Shown: positions 33,747 to 49,049, numbered from the stretch's first letter. The stretch: 64,000 bases of DNA from Sphaerodactylus townsendi (GCF_021028975.2 NC_059439.1:33232001-33296000); one strand, 5' to 3'. Notes: generated by a model not told the origin, from the sequence alone. Program-made: numbers and translations.

Positions 33747-34140
33747 AATACCAGGGAAAGTTGCAGGCAGTTTAGGAAAAAGAGGAAGACCCAACAGGAG
33801 GTGGATTGACTCAATCTTTCTTTCTTTTTTATTCAACGGTCAACAATATTATGCAAAAAAACCTGATCAATAATCGAGAACAGTATAATTTACAAAAAAA
33901 AACCCCCAACATAAATTACAAAGCTCTCAGAAATACATAATGCACTCAACTTATTCACTCAAATAATCATATCACCAGTAATTTGTTCCATTATGGATTT
34001 TATAATGGATTGACTCAATCAAGGAATGGCCTTCCGTTTGCGAGATCTGAGCAAGGCCATCAAAGATAGGATATTTTGGAGATCGTAGAATTTATAGGGT
34101 TGCTTTAAGTTGGAAGCGACCTGACAGCACATAACGCAGA
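33747..34140 (+). mobile_element. RTE/BovB-like LINE 3' end, interrupted by a 189-bp retroposed insert (33817-34005)
   Basis: PGKVAG...KRGRPNRRWIDSI peptide; 15-bp TSD TGGATTGACTCAATC at 33802-33816 and 34006-34020. Confidence 0.75.
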
Positions 34141-34638
34141 CACTGAAACAACTCTGGGACTGGTCAGAATTGAATATCTGGCCTTCAACCTCACAATGTG
34201 TGCATTGCCTCAGGCTCTTCCTTTGCTGGTCCAGGCAAAAGGCCTACTTGTGGAAGGGCTGCAGGGCAAACGGTTGCCGCTGGCAACCGCCAGTTTGGTG
34301 CTTCCTGTTGGAAACTCTGGAAGATATCTGTGCAGTTGATCGGCAACTTGAGCTTCCCTTGCAATTATTGGCTTCTGAGAACAAACAGAATATTGCGGAG
34401 GTGGGCCAAAGTAGCTGAAGAGGTGTCCTTTTTGATATGGGAACAGTCTGTCATCCAAAGGTTCACTAAAGGTGTATAAAGTGCCGACAAGTCACAGCCA
34501 ATTGATAATGGTTCCTGATGAGATGTTCAAGGCTGAGGTGGTTTGCCATCGCCTGCCTCCGCATAGCTCCCCTGGATTTCCTTGGTGGTCTCCCATCCAA
34601 GTACTAACCAGGGTTTAGCACCTGAAGTCTGGCTAGCC

Positions 34639-34786
34639 CAGGGGTAGGGAACCTGCGGCTCTCCAGATGTTCAGGAACTACAATTCCCATCAGCCCCTAC
34701 CAGCATGACCAATTGGCCATGCTGACAGAGGCTGATGGGAATTGTAGTTCCTGAACATCTGGAGAGCCGCAGGTTCCCTACCCCTG
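34639..34786. mobile_element. 148-bp palindromic hAT MITE
   Basis: Same family as 27784; TSD GGCTAGCC/GACTAGCC. Confidence 0.88.
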
Positions 34787-36532
34787 GACTAGCCCAAGGT
34801 CACCCAGCAGGAATGTAGGAGTGGGGGAAACAAATCTAGTTCATCAGATAAGACTCTGCTGCTCATGTGGAGTGGAGTGGAGAATCAAACCCAGTTCTCC
34901 ATATTAGAGTCCACCTGCTGTTAACCATTCTACACCACACTGGCTCTCTATTCCTTTCTTCTCCTCTCCCCAATGGAGACTCCAAGCAGCTTCCTCTTCT
35001 TCCATTGCAACAAAGTTTGGGAAGCCCTACTCTAGGCAGACCCATTTATACGGCAAAAATAGGATTATCTTTCACCTGTGAGTGAAACTTAACTGTCACA
35101 ATGGCAGTTGTCCTATTGAATGGCATGACTTGTGGCTACTGGTGAGTTTAGATTGAGGATTAAGCTCTTCCAATAGCTTTTTATATTTTTTTTAACAAGC
35201 AGGCTGACTGTGTCATCCTAAGTGGAGTTGCACCCTTCTAAGCCTAAAGGATTTAGAAGGATATAATTGGCTTAGGATAGCAGTTGGTAGGGAGTTGGAT
35301 CAGAATTGTAGAAGGAGTATTAACCATTGCATCATTTTTCTGATCTTAGTTGACCTGCTGGGAGCACATACAGGAATGTGGTGGATACTTAGAAGTTTCC
35401 CTCCCTAGCAGTTTAGTGGGACAGATCATTGAGAAAATGGTGTATAATTACTCAGCACCATAGCTTAGGTCTGAAATCCCCTCCGGTGACTGATTTTGCC
35501 TTAAAACAACAACAACAACCAACAAACTGAAAACAAAATGCAGATTTAGCCAAACCCTAATTTTGAAAAGTTACTCATTTTCTAATTTTTTGAAATGTGA
35601 GTAAAATGAGGATCAAATAGTTAAAGCAGCCTTTCAGCTCTAGATGGCAGTAAGAAACCTGTGCATAAATCTGCTTTTTTATTTCTACTCATTATTACCC
35701 CTCAAATAAAATGCAAACTGCAACAGTGGGAGTGAAATCTTACAGACTGAATGGACAGGAACCTCTTCATTGAGGTATATTATGTGTGTCATTGTGAGAA
35801 TAAAATGGTTCTTTCATGGATGTCTGTGCCTGTCAACAAGAAAGAATCATTAGCAAGAGCAGGGGAGAAGTAGCGAAGACCTTTTCTGGAATCTCTTCTC
35901 ATTGTGGTGTAGTGGACAGAACAGTGCCAAGAGAGCCAAGAGACCATGGGTTCAAATCCCATTTCTGGCGTTAGTCTCACTGGCCGAACTTGATTTCAGT
36001 GACATTTCTCAGTCAAACCTATTTCACAGAATTGTTGTAAGGTTACAAATGGAAGGGGGAAAGTTGTGTAAACTTGAGAAAGAAGTGTCCTAGTTGGATA
36101 GATAGCTCCATAAGGCTGGTTTGTGGCACCACACAACACTCCAGTCCACTTTCTAGTGCTGTTCTACTCCTTTCATCAACATGCCTCACCATTTTTTAAG
36201 GTCATTTGGCAACCTTACATATGAACTGTCCTGTGTGTCTTTTACCATGTGCACAAGCAGGGAAAAAAATGTATGTCCAGTCTACTGTGTGCTATGTAAT
36301 ATAAATTCAGATGATATGCTGTTTCCAGCCCAAATCACATTTAATGTGTCAAACATTCAACAGTTTGATGCAGCCCTTACCCAAATTCCAGTAGTTCTCT
36401 ACTACCAAATGCAGTAGCAATCACTAACTTCTGGATGTAACGTGGACAATCTGAGTCTGCCTACACACAAATATTACTGCAAAATTTAGTAACCGTGTGC
36501 TTTTTCAACTTGTCCTGCAAATGTGGAATGCT

Positions 36533-36595
36533 TAATGAAGTGGCCTAAGGTTTAACAATGTGCCTAATGAAGTGGCCTAAGGTTTAACAATGTCC
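36533..36595 (+). repeat. Tandem ~31-bp duplication
   Basis: 'taatgaagtggcctaaggtttaacaatgt' x2. Confidence 0.9.
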
Positions 36596-38001
36596 TACCA
36601 GCTGTTTCCAAATTGCTCTGTGATATAAACATGAAAAACATACCCAACAATGCTTCATTTGCTTAAGATTCCTGGTGAGGGAAAAATGTTTCTTTTCCCA
36701 CTTCCAATCAGTGGGTCTTCAGTTTTGCTTACCTACTGTACAAATGTAAATGAGACTGGATTTTGTTTGGTGGAGATGGGCTAAGGAAGCTGCTGTTCCT
36801 TGAGCAAAAAACAGGGTTGCAGAAGTAGTGAAGAACCGCTTGGGATGAGAAGTGAGAAGAAATAGAACTGATCATGGTTGAAACTGAACTATTTCCACAT
36901 TTCTCTTCCATCCATCTAAGGAGTCCGGGGTACTATCATGGATATGCTCAACTTCATGGGGGCACCCAGAAGGAATCCAAACTGAGTTCCTCAGCATGAG
37001 GCTACTGCCCAGTGCCAAATTTAGATTAAGAGGCCCTATTCCACTTGTGAGGCCCTTCCCAATCCCCCATCCTCATGAGAAAGATGGGGTCCACAAAATG
37101 GGAAAGATGGGAGTTCACAAAATGGGGTCCCAAAATGGGAATCCGCTTCAATGAAGTTCTTGAAAGACAAAATCAATACAGAAATCATTATTTTATCTTT
37201 ACATCATATATTTATTGTTGCAGTCAATTGACCTATAAAATACAGAAGTCAATGCTAGTGCTGAATTATTGGCAAGACAGTGTTATTCCAAAATGGAGTG
37301 CAAGGAAAATGACTGAAGGACTGTTTAGAGATGATAGTGCATTATGACAGCATGTATAAGAAAGGCCTATGACAGTCAACAATATTATATACCTTGGCCA
37401 GAGGCCTCCTAGATTTTGAATCCCTTGGCTTCAGCCTGCCAAGCCTGTTGGTAAATGCAGCACTGACACTGCCCCAGCACTGGTATCCCCTAGGAGATGC
37501 AGGGATGCCAAATTGCAACAAAAGGTATTGCACCAACACCATTATATCACTTCTGGCATGACCTGGAAACCATGGCATTTCTGGTGAATCCTTCAGCATC
37601 GTGCCAACATCACTTTCAGGTTCGTGTCAGAAATGATGGTGCAGTGCTGATGCGACATTGATTCACCCACGTTTGTCTCCTACTGCTCCAGCAAGCAGCA
37701 GGGCCTCGAATTGGAGCTTTCCCACCAAAGCATTTGGCTTACCTCAGAGGCTGCGGGCAGGGATTGTAAAATGGCCTCAAGACCAAACTACATGAAACTC
37801 TATTTATGTGTTTTGCCTTTATTCCCAATGGGGACTCAGAGAGGCTGAGAACATCATCTTCTACTTTTCCATTTTATCCTCACAACAACAACTTTGTGAG
37901 GTAGGTTATGCTGAGCGAAGATGAGTGGCCAAGGTCACCCAGTGATTTTCCATGGCAGTGTGGGGATGTGAATCTAGGTCTCCCAAATCATAGGCCTACA
38001 C

Positions 38002-38139
38002 CAGGGGTCTTCAAACTATGGCCCTCCAGATGTTCATGGACTACAATTCCCATCAACCCCTGCCAGCATGGCCAAGTGGTAGGGCTTATGGGAATTGTAG
38101 TCTATGAACATCTGGAGGGCCGTAGTTTGAAGACCCCTG
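38002..38139. mobile_element. Palindromic hAT MITE inserted in an older SINE
   Basis: TIR CAGGGGTCTTCAAACTA; TSD GCCTACAC. Confidence 0.88.
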
Positions 38140-39555
38140 GCCTACACTAACCACATTAGCAGCCTGGGTGATAGGGACCCATCCTATGATGTGGGATGTG
38201 GCATAGAAAAGCTGTATTTAAAACTCTTCTTCCATGTCATTTCCTGCTACAAAAATGGCCTCCTAAGCTTTTTTTAGCCCTTGTAAGGAAAAAGGACTGA
38301 CTCTGTGCCTATGTTATTTTTCCTCACCAGGACTTCAAACAGCCTGCGAGAAGGATTTTTTTGGTCAAATAAACGACGTGGGGAGGGGAAGTCATTTGTC
38401 TTGAATTCCAATCTCAAAACACCATCATCACATGTAGCTTAGACCTTAAGCAGTTGCATTTCATGGCATAAAGGTAAGATACGCAGGACAAAGTTTAGTA
38501 TTTATTTATTTGTATTTGTTCCCCACCCTTTTGCATTGAAGAACAATTATACTCAGTCTCTGTTCAGAACATTTTGCTTGGCAGCAGAAGGCAGAGTGGC
38601 ACAAGACTTAGAATGCAGGTCATGTTTCTGCAACGGTTGGGGTGGCAGTCAACACCCCCCCCCCTCTAGCGAACACAATTATGGAGATTGTGGTTAATCA
38701 CCAATTAGTAGCCATTCCATATTAGGACCCCAGAGGGAGAGAAAGGGGAACATGGTTTGAGTCACATCACGGTTTTTCCACATTAGACTGACAGGAGTAG
38801 TATATTAAAGAGAGCGGCAGGAAGTCAAATGCCACCCACCTGCTTCACATGCAAGTTTTAATTATAGCTCTCGATTTGCCTGAGACATGTCATCAGTCTT
38901 TCTGTTAAGACACCTCCTTTGTAAAACAAAAATTGGCCTCCGAGGAGAAGAAGCGTGTAGCCCGCAAGCAGCAGAGAGCCAGCAACTGGCACGTTTAATT
39001 TCTCTCGATTGGGAAGGAGCTGCCAAATTAAACCAGCACTCATAAAAATGAAGGGGAACAGGAGGAACTAACAAGGCGAGTGACCTTGCTCAAAAGGTAA
39101 ATAAAACTGAAAAGCATTTTGACCAGTGTTGCTTGCTTAGAAAATTAAGTTCAGTCAAGGGTGGGGGGAGTGTAAATGACTTCTTAGCTGAGTGTTTACC
39201 ACCAAGAATTGCTTGTCTAGGCTAGTTGCCTGGATCAGGATGAAACCCCAAAGCATCCTTCTGTTGCCCAACATTGGAGAGGTATTAATATGGAACCAAG
39301 AATGAGGTAGCCATTCCCAAGGGGAACAGCTCCCAAGGAGACCCAAGCTCTTACTTGGCCTATCCTCAGTTCATCAAGAGCAAGCATAGCATAGTAGCTA
39401 AAGGCAGGAGTGAAATGCCTGAAGTCCAAGTTCAAAACTTAGCTCACATCACTAGTGGCTGCAGCAAAACATACTCCGTCAGGATCAAAACAAACAAGAC
39501 ACTGGGAGCTGTGTGATCATATTATCCCAACAATTTATTTTGTTTTATTTATTGA

Positions 39556-40150
39556 GGTCATGAGCCAATCTCTGGACACTGAGGACTCTGATGTAGAGCC
39601 TGAAGAGCTTGTTCCTCACGAGGAACTGCAGACAACAAACCCAGCTCAAGCCCTTCTCCTCAAGACAAGGCAGAGCCTGATGCTATGCAGCAGGGAGAGC
39701 CATCAGGAATCTCAGAAGAGCCCAGTAATGAGCCAGCTGCACAAAAGAGACCGAGACAGAGGCTACAGTGCTTGCATTGCTGCTAGGTATGGCAGAAGGC
39801 TCTGTGAAATGGAGTCATCTGCATCTGAAGAGGACTGAGTCCTTGCAGGATCCTATCCTCATTACTTTGAATCTCCTATATAAACCCTGTCTTTGGGTTG
39901 GCTCTGCATGGGTGCAATGAGTGCACTTCCTGGTGAGCTCCATGTGCTTGGTCTTCCTCTGACCTCCAGTGCCTTGACTCTGGACTGCCTTGACTGTGCC
40001 TTTACCTGCTGCTTGCCCTGACTCTGAATTGCCGTGACCATGGCTTTGCTTGCTGCCTGCCCTTATTCTGGAATGTCTTGACTGCCTTGTTTGCTGCTCA
40101 TCTGGACTCTGGTCTGCCTGGCCATACCCTAGCTAGTGCCTGCCCACAGC
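39556..40150 (+). mobile_element. Probable Gypsy-type solo LTR
   Basis: Starts 'gtcatgagcc', TATATAAA at ~39877, followed by a degenerate tandem array 'gactctggactgccttgactgtgcctt'. Boundaries approximate. Confidence 0.5.
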
Positions 40151-43100
40151 TTAGTTTGCTTCATTTATATCCTGCCTTTCTCTCTAGTGGGGACCCAAAA
40201 CGGCTTTCATTATCCTCCTCCATTTCATCTTCACAGAAAAATTGTGAGGTGTGTGATAGTGTGTGATGGTTGGTTCAAGGTCACCCAGTTGGCTACCATA
40301 CCAGAGTGAGGATTCTCCCAGATCCTATTCCAACATTTTAGCCACTACACTGTGTTATATATACAGTTCATTTTAGTACGTTTTCCTCATCAATTTACAG
40401 TCAAGGCAATCAAAGCATATCCTATTCAGTTCTCAGATGAAAAGTCAGGTCAATTTGACCCAGAGAAGCCAAAAGAGAACTGAACAAAATTTGTTTTCAG
40501 TGTTCTACACCTCCACACTCTTTGTATATCTTAGCTTTAATGAGGTCAGTTGCTGTCTTGCCCCTTTAACTTGTGATTTTTTTGTTACATGATATTGTCT
40601 GCTTTGATGATACTGGGGTCATTTATAGCGCAGTTTGAACTGAAAGAAGGATTGAAATTAGCATCTAGGGTGAAACTGACAAACTTCTATTTTCTATCAT
40701 GTTTTGTCCCTAGTGTTCTGTTCCTTTACTGCTGAAGAACGATACTCAACCCTTCTAACAACATTGCAAAAAACAAAAACAAACAACTTCCCCAAACTCC
40801 TTACACATATTGCATTTATATGTAATTTTTACAAGCCAAATTCCAGTGTATTTTGAGGTAGAAAAAGTCTCCTAAAGCTGCCTTTGTAGTTGGAGAAATG
40901 ATTGTGTTTCACAGTACTAAAACACTGGGGACTCAAAAGCACACATTGACATGAGGCAGAGCATTTCTTTTGCATTGTTACCCCTACCCCTTTGCAGACT
41001 GAATAACTCCCACCATTACGGTTTTTTGATAAAGCTCACTTAAAAAAATAGAACTATAGGTTGAATCTAAATCAATAGGCCACTGACATAAGTTTCATGA
41101 ATTTGAAAAGAAAAAATGTAAACAAATATAAAATTAATAATTCCTAGTTTCCAAGTTTTTGATACTTGTTATGCTTTTTTCTGTCTCACAAATACTGTGT
41201 TGAGGCGAAGGTTTTTCAGGTGGTTCTGAAGAGCTCTATCTCTCTTGGATCAGAGTTTTCTTAATGGATTCTTGGGGTACTTTTTCCACCCAATATGTTA
41301 CAAGGGCTGCAGTGAAAAAATTTTTTCTCAGTGGCAAAAGATATAGATTTCTGGGACTTTTTTTTGTTTGTAGAAAGCAAAGTGTAAGTGGTAACTGGCT
41401 TTACTTAGGTATTGTTTACTATTGTGCAGGTGACAATGTCTTAAGTCAGAGAACAACGTTCTAGATCCAGTTTTTCTACATTCTGCCAATGAAGGAACTA
41501 CACCACAACCACGGAGCATCCCCCCCCCCCCTTGGCAACTGATGGCTGACTCAGATAACCCTCAACATTAATTTTATTTATGTGATTTTTTTTGGCCTTC
41601 ATACCAATTTAGTAAAATACATTTTTTATCCTAATGAGGTTTAATGTCAGACCTCTTGTATCCCCTTGGTTTATTTCATTCCCTTCCAAAATGGGAGAAT
41701 CTTTCCCTGTTTAGATGATTTCTCTGTCCTGATATCTTTGCATTTCTAACACTTGTAGACTTCTGTGTTGTTCAGACCAATATTAAAGGATTCAACCAGC
41801 AGCTTTCAAATGTTACCAAACTCTCATTTTGACTGAAAGGTTTTTCACAAACCCTCAAGCTTATTGGCATTTATTTACATTAGGAGGGAAAAATATAGCT
41901 GTGTGCAAAGCTCTACATTTGTTTGATTTATAAGTAATACTTTCCTATGACAAAGAAAACATAGCGAAGGACAAACAGCTGGCAAAATTTTAATTCTTCT
42001 GTTGAATTCTTTGGAGGGAAATAGGTTCCTGTTGTCAAGAGTGTTAGAAAAGGGAAAGAACTGTCATCTCCCTCAGATATTGAGGTCATCCGTGGCAGAT
42101 GCTTTTATTGTCATGGAGAAGAGTGCTTTTGAGAATAAATGCTGTATTTGTGCGGAAAACAGTCCCTGCCTGTGTGGAAATAGGTATGTGATTGTTTTAT
42201 GCCTTACATCATGTTGCCCACTCCTTTAAGAGTCAGGACTTATTGCATATGATCAGGCTATATGTTTCAAAACTGTGGAGAGAAGCCTTGACAAAAAACT
42301 GAGAGGATGAAAATTACCTTATTTTGTTCATTGGGCGTGAAGTGAATGGAAAATGGGGACAGAATGAGTGACAGAGACATTGTTGCAGGGCTGCACAAGA
42401 TCTAATGGAGCTGCCTTATACTGAGTCACGTCATTTGCCCAACAAGGTCAAAATTGTCTACTCTGACTGGCAACAACTCTCCAGAGTCTCAAGCAGAGGT
42501 TTTTCACATCACCTCAGACCCGATCTTTATAACTGGAGTCATGAGGGATTGAACCTGGGCCCTTCTGCATGCAAAGCAGATGCCCTATCAATGAGCCATA
42601 TCCCTCCCTTCCAACTTTCCTATTCTCCATTGAAATAAGCCTCACCCTCCTTTCCACCCATCCAAGTACCTTACAAGCAACTGAACCCCTTCACTGTTCC
42701 TCAGGGCTGGAGTGAGGGGGAACTGCGTCTGGGGCACACATGTGCCCTGCACCCCTGCCACGCCCCAGAAAGCCCCTGCCACGCCCCTCCACACCCATGC
42801 CCTCGCACTGGTATGTGCCCGGTGCATTGTGCATCCCCCCATTCCCTTGGTGCTACGCCACTGCTGTTCCTCAAAATCAGTCCCATTAATTGATACATAT
42901 GGACAAAGCGGAGAGAGTCTGTTATGCCCCTCTTTCTCCTCTACCCCTTCTTCTAGTGATATAACAGCCCCATGTGAAGGCTGCTCACCAATTCTCTGCA
43001 GCCCATTGTGGTTCATCACTTGACTGCAGTTTCTGACTTATGATCCAAGTGCTGTGCAAACTGGCAAATCCCATGCTTACGTACATAAGTGGAGACAAGT

Positions 43101-46100
43101 CACAACTGACTTAAGGTGACCCCAGCAAAGGCTTTCAAGGCAAGTGAGAAGCAGAAGTGGGTTTCCATGCCTTCTGCCTTGGTGGTCTTCCATCCAAGTA
43201 GTGACTACTCTTAGCTTCTGAGATCAGTTTATACCATGTCACTATCCCACCCAATCCAATGCTTATATCAGATGAATACAGAAGAAGCTTGGGCTACACA
43301 AGAACAGGGGACAGGGAGCTATTTGGCCTTTACATTCTCACTGAGCTGATCTTCCTTGCAGGTTTTTAAAAGGCAATTGCAGCTATTCAGGAGCTTGATT
43401 CAAATTAAGGCTGTGGCAAATGCCACAGTTATAATTTAAAGACTAAGGGCAATCAGCAGTAAACCAACAGAATAAAACAATGTATAGCAGCAACTGCTCC
43501 CCAAACATCTCTGATTAATATCAGGTTTAAAAAATTAAATACCTCAGCAGAATTAAAACTGACCTATGCACCAGCGTTGGGTGGACCACTGTATACTATT
43601 ACAGGAAGTATTGCTCCTTTACGTGTGAATATAAATGGTGTGAACCAATTGTTTCACATTCTAAGTTAACAGTTGAGTCAACAGGCACTCCCTGCCCTTG
43701 GTACAAGATATTGCCTTCTCTTAAATATGATTCTGTTTGGATGTATCTCATTTCTGGTCATCAGAATAATGTTAAAGAGTGCCTTGTAGACTAATCCTTT
43801 TGGTGAAGCATTAGGTTTTATGACTGTACTCCTTTTTGGGGGGATGCATTGAACTGATGCAATTCTAAGAATTACATCCGTCGAAGTCCATCAAGTCCAA
43901 TAAATCCAGAAGAGTGCAGTTCTACTTAGTATGGGGCTGTAACTCAGTTATTCCTCAGGGGTTGGCCCTGTCAGTGATCATGACAACACATTGGTTTGGG
44001 TTGATGTTGGTTTGTTAAAGCCTTTCCTTCCATGTGCGCTGGGTTCCATTTGGTTTTTGGGTTCTCATCTTTTAATTTTTCAGTCAAAGTAGAATCAAAG
44101 GGGATGAAAACAAGGAGGTAAAAACGCAGGCTATTTTAATTGCACACATGTAGCCATCGATTCAGCGGCAGCTGTAATGGATTTGTCGCCCTCCCTGTGG
44201 ATCTGGCATCAGAAGTAATGTGCTACACCGACTAAGCAGCAGGTCACGCACACACGTCTCTAGACTAAAGCATTCAATTTGCTTTGTAGTTCTTAGTTAC
44301 GCTGTCCCAATGTTTCTCTTTCCTTCTCTCTGGCGCTCTGGGAGACGGATTCCAAAGTTACTCATCCAAGGTATTTGCAGAGGTTAACTCAGGACAAAGT
44401 CCCAGCAAGTAGAATGCACAGTGAACCACCGACACAGTCTCCTTTTCTAAAAATTGTTTCTGACAATTAGTAGTAAAATGTGCGGCTTCTGCCGAGGGAT
44501 TTTGCTGTAGCATTGTTCACTTGACGTGCACTGCAGAGTTCCTTGTTGGCATTTAGCAAAGTCCGAAGTCAATATTTGTAAAAGAAATGTATTAAGTGGC
44601 CATGAAAAATCAGGAGAGTGTAAATGATGGGGGAAGTGAGAAATACACCACACATAAAAATCAACAACGCTTCTGTTGTTACAAAGGCTGACACAACCTC
44701 AATATTCTTCTGCCTGATGAGAGCAGCTATCTGCTTTTGCTTTTGTACTGATATGCAGCGGATTTAGAGATCAGGGCACAGTGGGTTGGATCCAGATTAA
44801 ATTTCCCATAAGTGGAACAAAATGTTCCTGCCTTCCTTTTCCCACCACAGTCTACTAATCTCTCTAAAATGCTTGGGGGGATAAGGAACAGCATGAGAGA
44901 TGTTTGCAGTGGGGAGGGGGAACTGGAGGAAATTACCTCTCTCCTTCCCTCAGTGGATAATTTAGTCTGGATCCAATCCGCTTTGGTTTTATTGAACTGA
45001 GTGGTAGCGGGGAAAATGGTGCAGGGAAGATGAATTCACCTTTCCTTTCCTCAGTGTTATGATCATGATCTGTACTGGGCTTTCCCTCCTGCTTTTTGCA
45101 GCTCGAGTGCCTTTTGTGGGGAGCTGAACGTAAATCTTCAGCATCTCATGTATTTTCGTCTTCCCATGCTCAACACATCCTCTCATTTGGCAGTCTGCCC
45201 TTGACCCACGTTTTGCCTGTGTTCAGAACAACTGGCTGTCATAATGCATTGTATCCTAAAAAAGAGTACCAAAAAAAGTTACTGGGACCAACTGACACGA
45301 GAGAACTAGAAAAATTGTTGTTTCATCTGAAACAAGCTGACGTGAAAGCACTTCATCCTTTTAGGCTACAGGGTTGAAAGAGCTGGACAAATCCTTTTTC
45401 TGAAGCAGGAAATTCTTCTGTATTCTCTCGGTCAAAGAAAGAAAAACTAAGCATGCTTTGGTTCCAATTCAAGTCCATCCACTGTATCCACTCTCAGACT
45501 GTGTTGTGTAAGGATCTTCACCAGTGCCCCAGTTGTTTGAGCAAGAGCCTCACTCACCCCAATCAAATGAAATGGGGATTTTTTTTCAATTGAAAATGTG
45601 GTGGTGTGAAAATTTACTGGTGTCATTAGCGTTGATTTGTTGGAAAATTCTGTGGGTGGGAGTTCCCAATCTACTTATAGTGTCATTCTGCACTGGTGGG
45701 AATAGAGCAAAATGGAGACCAGATGTTTGTATGTAACTAGAGATTTTCTCCCTTCTTGATTTGGTGCTATTATAACTAGCACCTCTCTAAAGCTTTGACA
45801 AAATGCAAGCACTGCAACCCATGATGCATTTTAGTAGAAATGACAAGGCTACTTTCAATAGTTTCATTGTAATCATCAAATAACATATTAAAATGTCTAC
45901 ATTTTATTGATGGAAAATATGGCTCGGGAATGAACTCCTCGTTCTACAGCAATGCAGACCTTAATCAACATGGTTTTTCTCAGGACCAGCTTCATGTGAA
46001 GCAACTGGGATCTAAGATAACAAAAATGTACAGTTGCAGCTTCATTACCCACTACTTCCACATTTATTTTACACAAATGTGATCTATGAACATTGTAATA

Positions 46101-49049
46101 TAGAAGGTACATTGCACCTCTTCGGGCTTTTCTGTGGATCAGCAATAATCACCATCTGATCTGAGCAGCAATGAAGTTATTTTCTTCAGTGACAAATGAA
46201 CAAAAAATCAACCAAAAGTCTGAGGAGAATAAAGTTCATTAAGCATAGAATAGTTAACTTGGGGCTCTTCAGTGTGCAGTGGGCTTGTAGTGGAGTCTCC
46301 TTGTGTTTTTCTGTTTACATGTGAGGAGGCCCTCCTGCTATGTGCATAGAGAACTCTCTGAGCCTGGTGCTCTTCACCCATTCACTTATTCTTAAAGGTA
46401 CCAGCTTACCCTTTAAACTGCACCTTTATCCATATTACTGTTCCAGAAATAATCCTCCCCCAAATGAAAGAGCAAAGCAATTCCCTAGACTCCATACTGT
46501 CAAAGAAGAGGACACTGTGCTATTGAGCCCTGCTAAAGCCCATATTTTCTCCCCCTCACAACTTTTGCTGCTGCTGCTCCTGCTGGAGGACAGAAAGGCA
46601 AGTGATTTCCAAGCACCCTCTGTTCTTATTATGTTGAACCATAAATCTATCAACATGAAAAATGGAGAGGTCGGTGTGTTTTGGAGCCAGCAACTTGGAA
46701 GGGGGGACAGCAAGGGGGAAGATGTGGATTGCAGAGCAAAGCAGATGGAAGACTGGCTTGGTTGGAGGAAAGATGTCTGGGACAAAGCTGTGCTCACTGA
46801 CAATCTCCTCGTTCTAGCAGCACAGCAAATTAAAAGTCATGCTAAAAAGTGATCTTGCTTACCGAGTGGAGAATGGAAAGTGAAAGTGGGGCTCCAAGAA
46901 ACAAGTCTGTACAAGAAATCTTGCTGTGACGGACATTCACCCCCATTATGCACCAAACATCTTGAGTATAATAAGAGAAGTTTTCATGTAGCATCACAGA
47001 GAAAGTCGAACCTGATAGCAAAGACCCTATTTGTTGCTTTCCTTATTTTCTGGTCTGAGATGGAGGCAGCCACTAAGCAGTCTCTTGCCTGAAACTTGAT
47101 AAATCTAGAGAGCCTCAGTCTTCCTGCAATTTGTTGCCAGGGTTGGTTATTAATATTGTCTAGGATCATGGAAAAAGAGCCTTATGACATGGAGTGGCAA
47201 GCTGCAATCCAAGCTCCTCTCACAACCTGAGTTCGATCCTAACAGAAGTCAGTTTCAGGTAGCTACTCAATGTTGACTTAACCTTCCATCCTTCCGAGAC
47301 AAAATTATTACTCAGCTTGCTGGGAGTAAAGTGTAGTTGACTGGGGAAGGCAATGGCAAAACCCCCCATAACCATAGTCTGCCCAATATTCATTGTGATC
47401 TGGCATCATCCTGTGGGCCAGTAATGACCCAGTACTTGCACAGGCAACTACCAATACCTTTAGGATCATGAAAATAGATCTTTCATTAACCTTATACCAG
47501 CTTGGATAGTACAAGTTCAGCAGGGTGGGTTAAGACGGGGAATGCTTCAAAGCTTAACAAAAGCATAATGAAAATGCTTAACAGTTATTAATTTTTGTTA
47601 ATGTTCATGTTCATGCATTTTAATGAGCAGGGATCAGGTCACCCAGAAGCTAACAACATTTAGGAATCGTAGGAGGCAGTGGGTCAGAGCTACAGCCAAT
47701 CCAACTGGGATCATCAATCTCTGATGAAAATGCGAGTAGATGTTAACCCACTGAGTTGATTGGCACTGCTGAGTGGCTCTCGTGACAGCTTCTCCAAACC
47801 CATTCAGAGCTGATTTAAGGATGAAAATAGATGTAATGTCTAGTGGTGACACCGCATTATTGTTGCATGGCCCTTAATGCAGTGCAACAAGGAAGTGCCT
47901 GATATTAATGCAACGCTCACCAGTCAGTGCACCAGATGCAATATAAAGGTCAGACAAGACCCCTGAATGGTACTTCATTGCTTTTGATTTAGTGCCTGTT
48001 TACATTAGCTCACTTGAAGCTTTCATCCCAATAGTCTAGATGAGTATATTCCAGAGACCACACTGGCATCTGTTGCCAGAACATTGGTAGTGGGTACAGT
48101 ACACATATTTCAAGGGACTGTGGATTGTGTAGAGTTTTTGTTCTTCTCTCCCTCTAAACACAGAAAATTAACCATATCCCCAAATGAAATGGAGCCTTCC
48201 TCACAAGCTACAGAGCTGAGATTTGGTACAAATGCAGGTCATGATGGCCATAACTCCCACTGTCCTGTGATTCACAAAGTAGTCCTTATGAAGAATAATT
48301 TTTACACCATTTCCTCAAAATGGAGGCAAAAAAGCATATGAGTACTTTATACTGAGACAGATCACTGATTCATCTAGTTCAGCTTTATCTACTCTAACTG
48401 GCAGATGCTCTCTGATATAGAAAAAGGCCTTCCCAATACATGAGATCTTCTGAAATGAAGATGCCAAGGATTAAAACTGAGACTATCTTCATAGACACAG
48501 GTGCTCCATCGCTAAGCTGCAAAAGGTTATTTGCTATAGCAAAGGTTGTTCGCCTCCACAGGAGAAACAATATCTCTGCAGGTGAAAAGAACTGCAATTT
48601 AAGAGCTTTTGACATTTATTTATTTAAAGTGTATATTTGCAGTGCTTTCTTGTGCATGGGACGCGTTGGTGGTTTACAATCCAATAAAAACCTAATCATA
48701 TACACTCCAACACCAGAGTCAGCATCCACAAAATTAAAACCAGAAGATTAAATCCTGTCTGCATCAACCACCCACCTAAAAAGCCTTGACCTGAATTACC
48801 TCCAAAACTCTACAATAGAAAGGAAAAATGCTTTTAACATGGAAGCAGGCAATCTAACCGGTTCCAGAAAGCTGTTCTACAAAGAGCCAAACAAAATGTA
48901 ATGGCAGTCAACATCACTGTAGAAGCAGTTGCAGTTTTTTTTAAAAAACACTCTTCATTGGCTAGGGATGAAGTGGCCAATAACAGGCTAGTCTCCGATT
49001 TACCTTTCCTAGGGATGGAGCATTTGGTGGCAGCACAGCTCTATGATCC

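Noticed and set aside
44000-48800. Olfactory receptor or other coding remnants (e.g. 170-aa ORF at 46340)
   Set aside because: No OR motifs (LHTPMY, MAYDRYVAIC, KAFSTC) and no recognisable homology.
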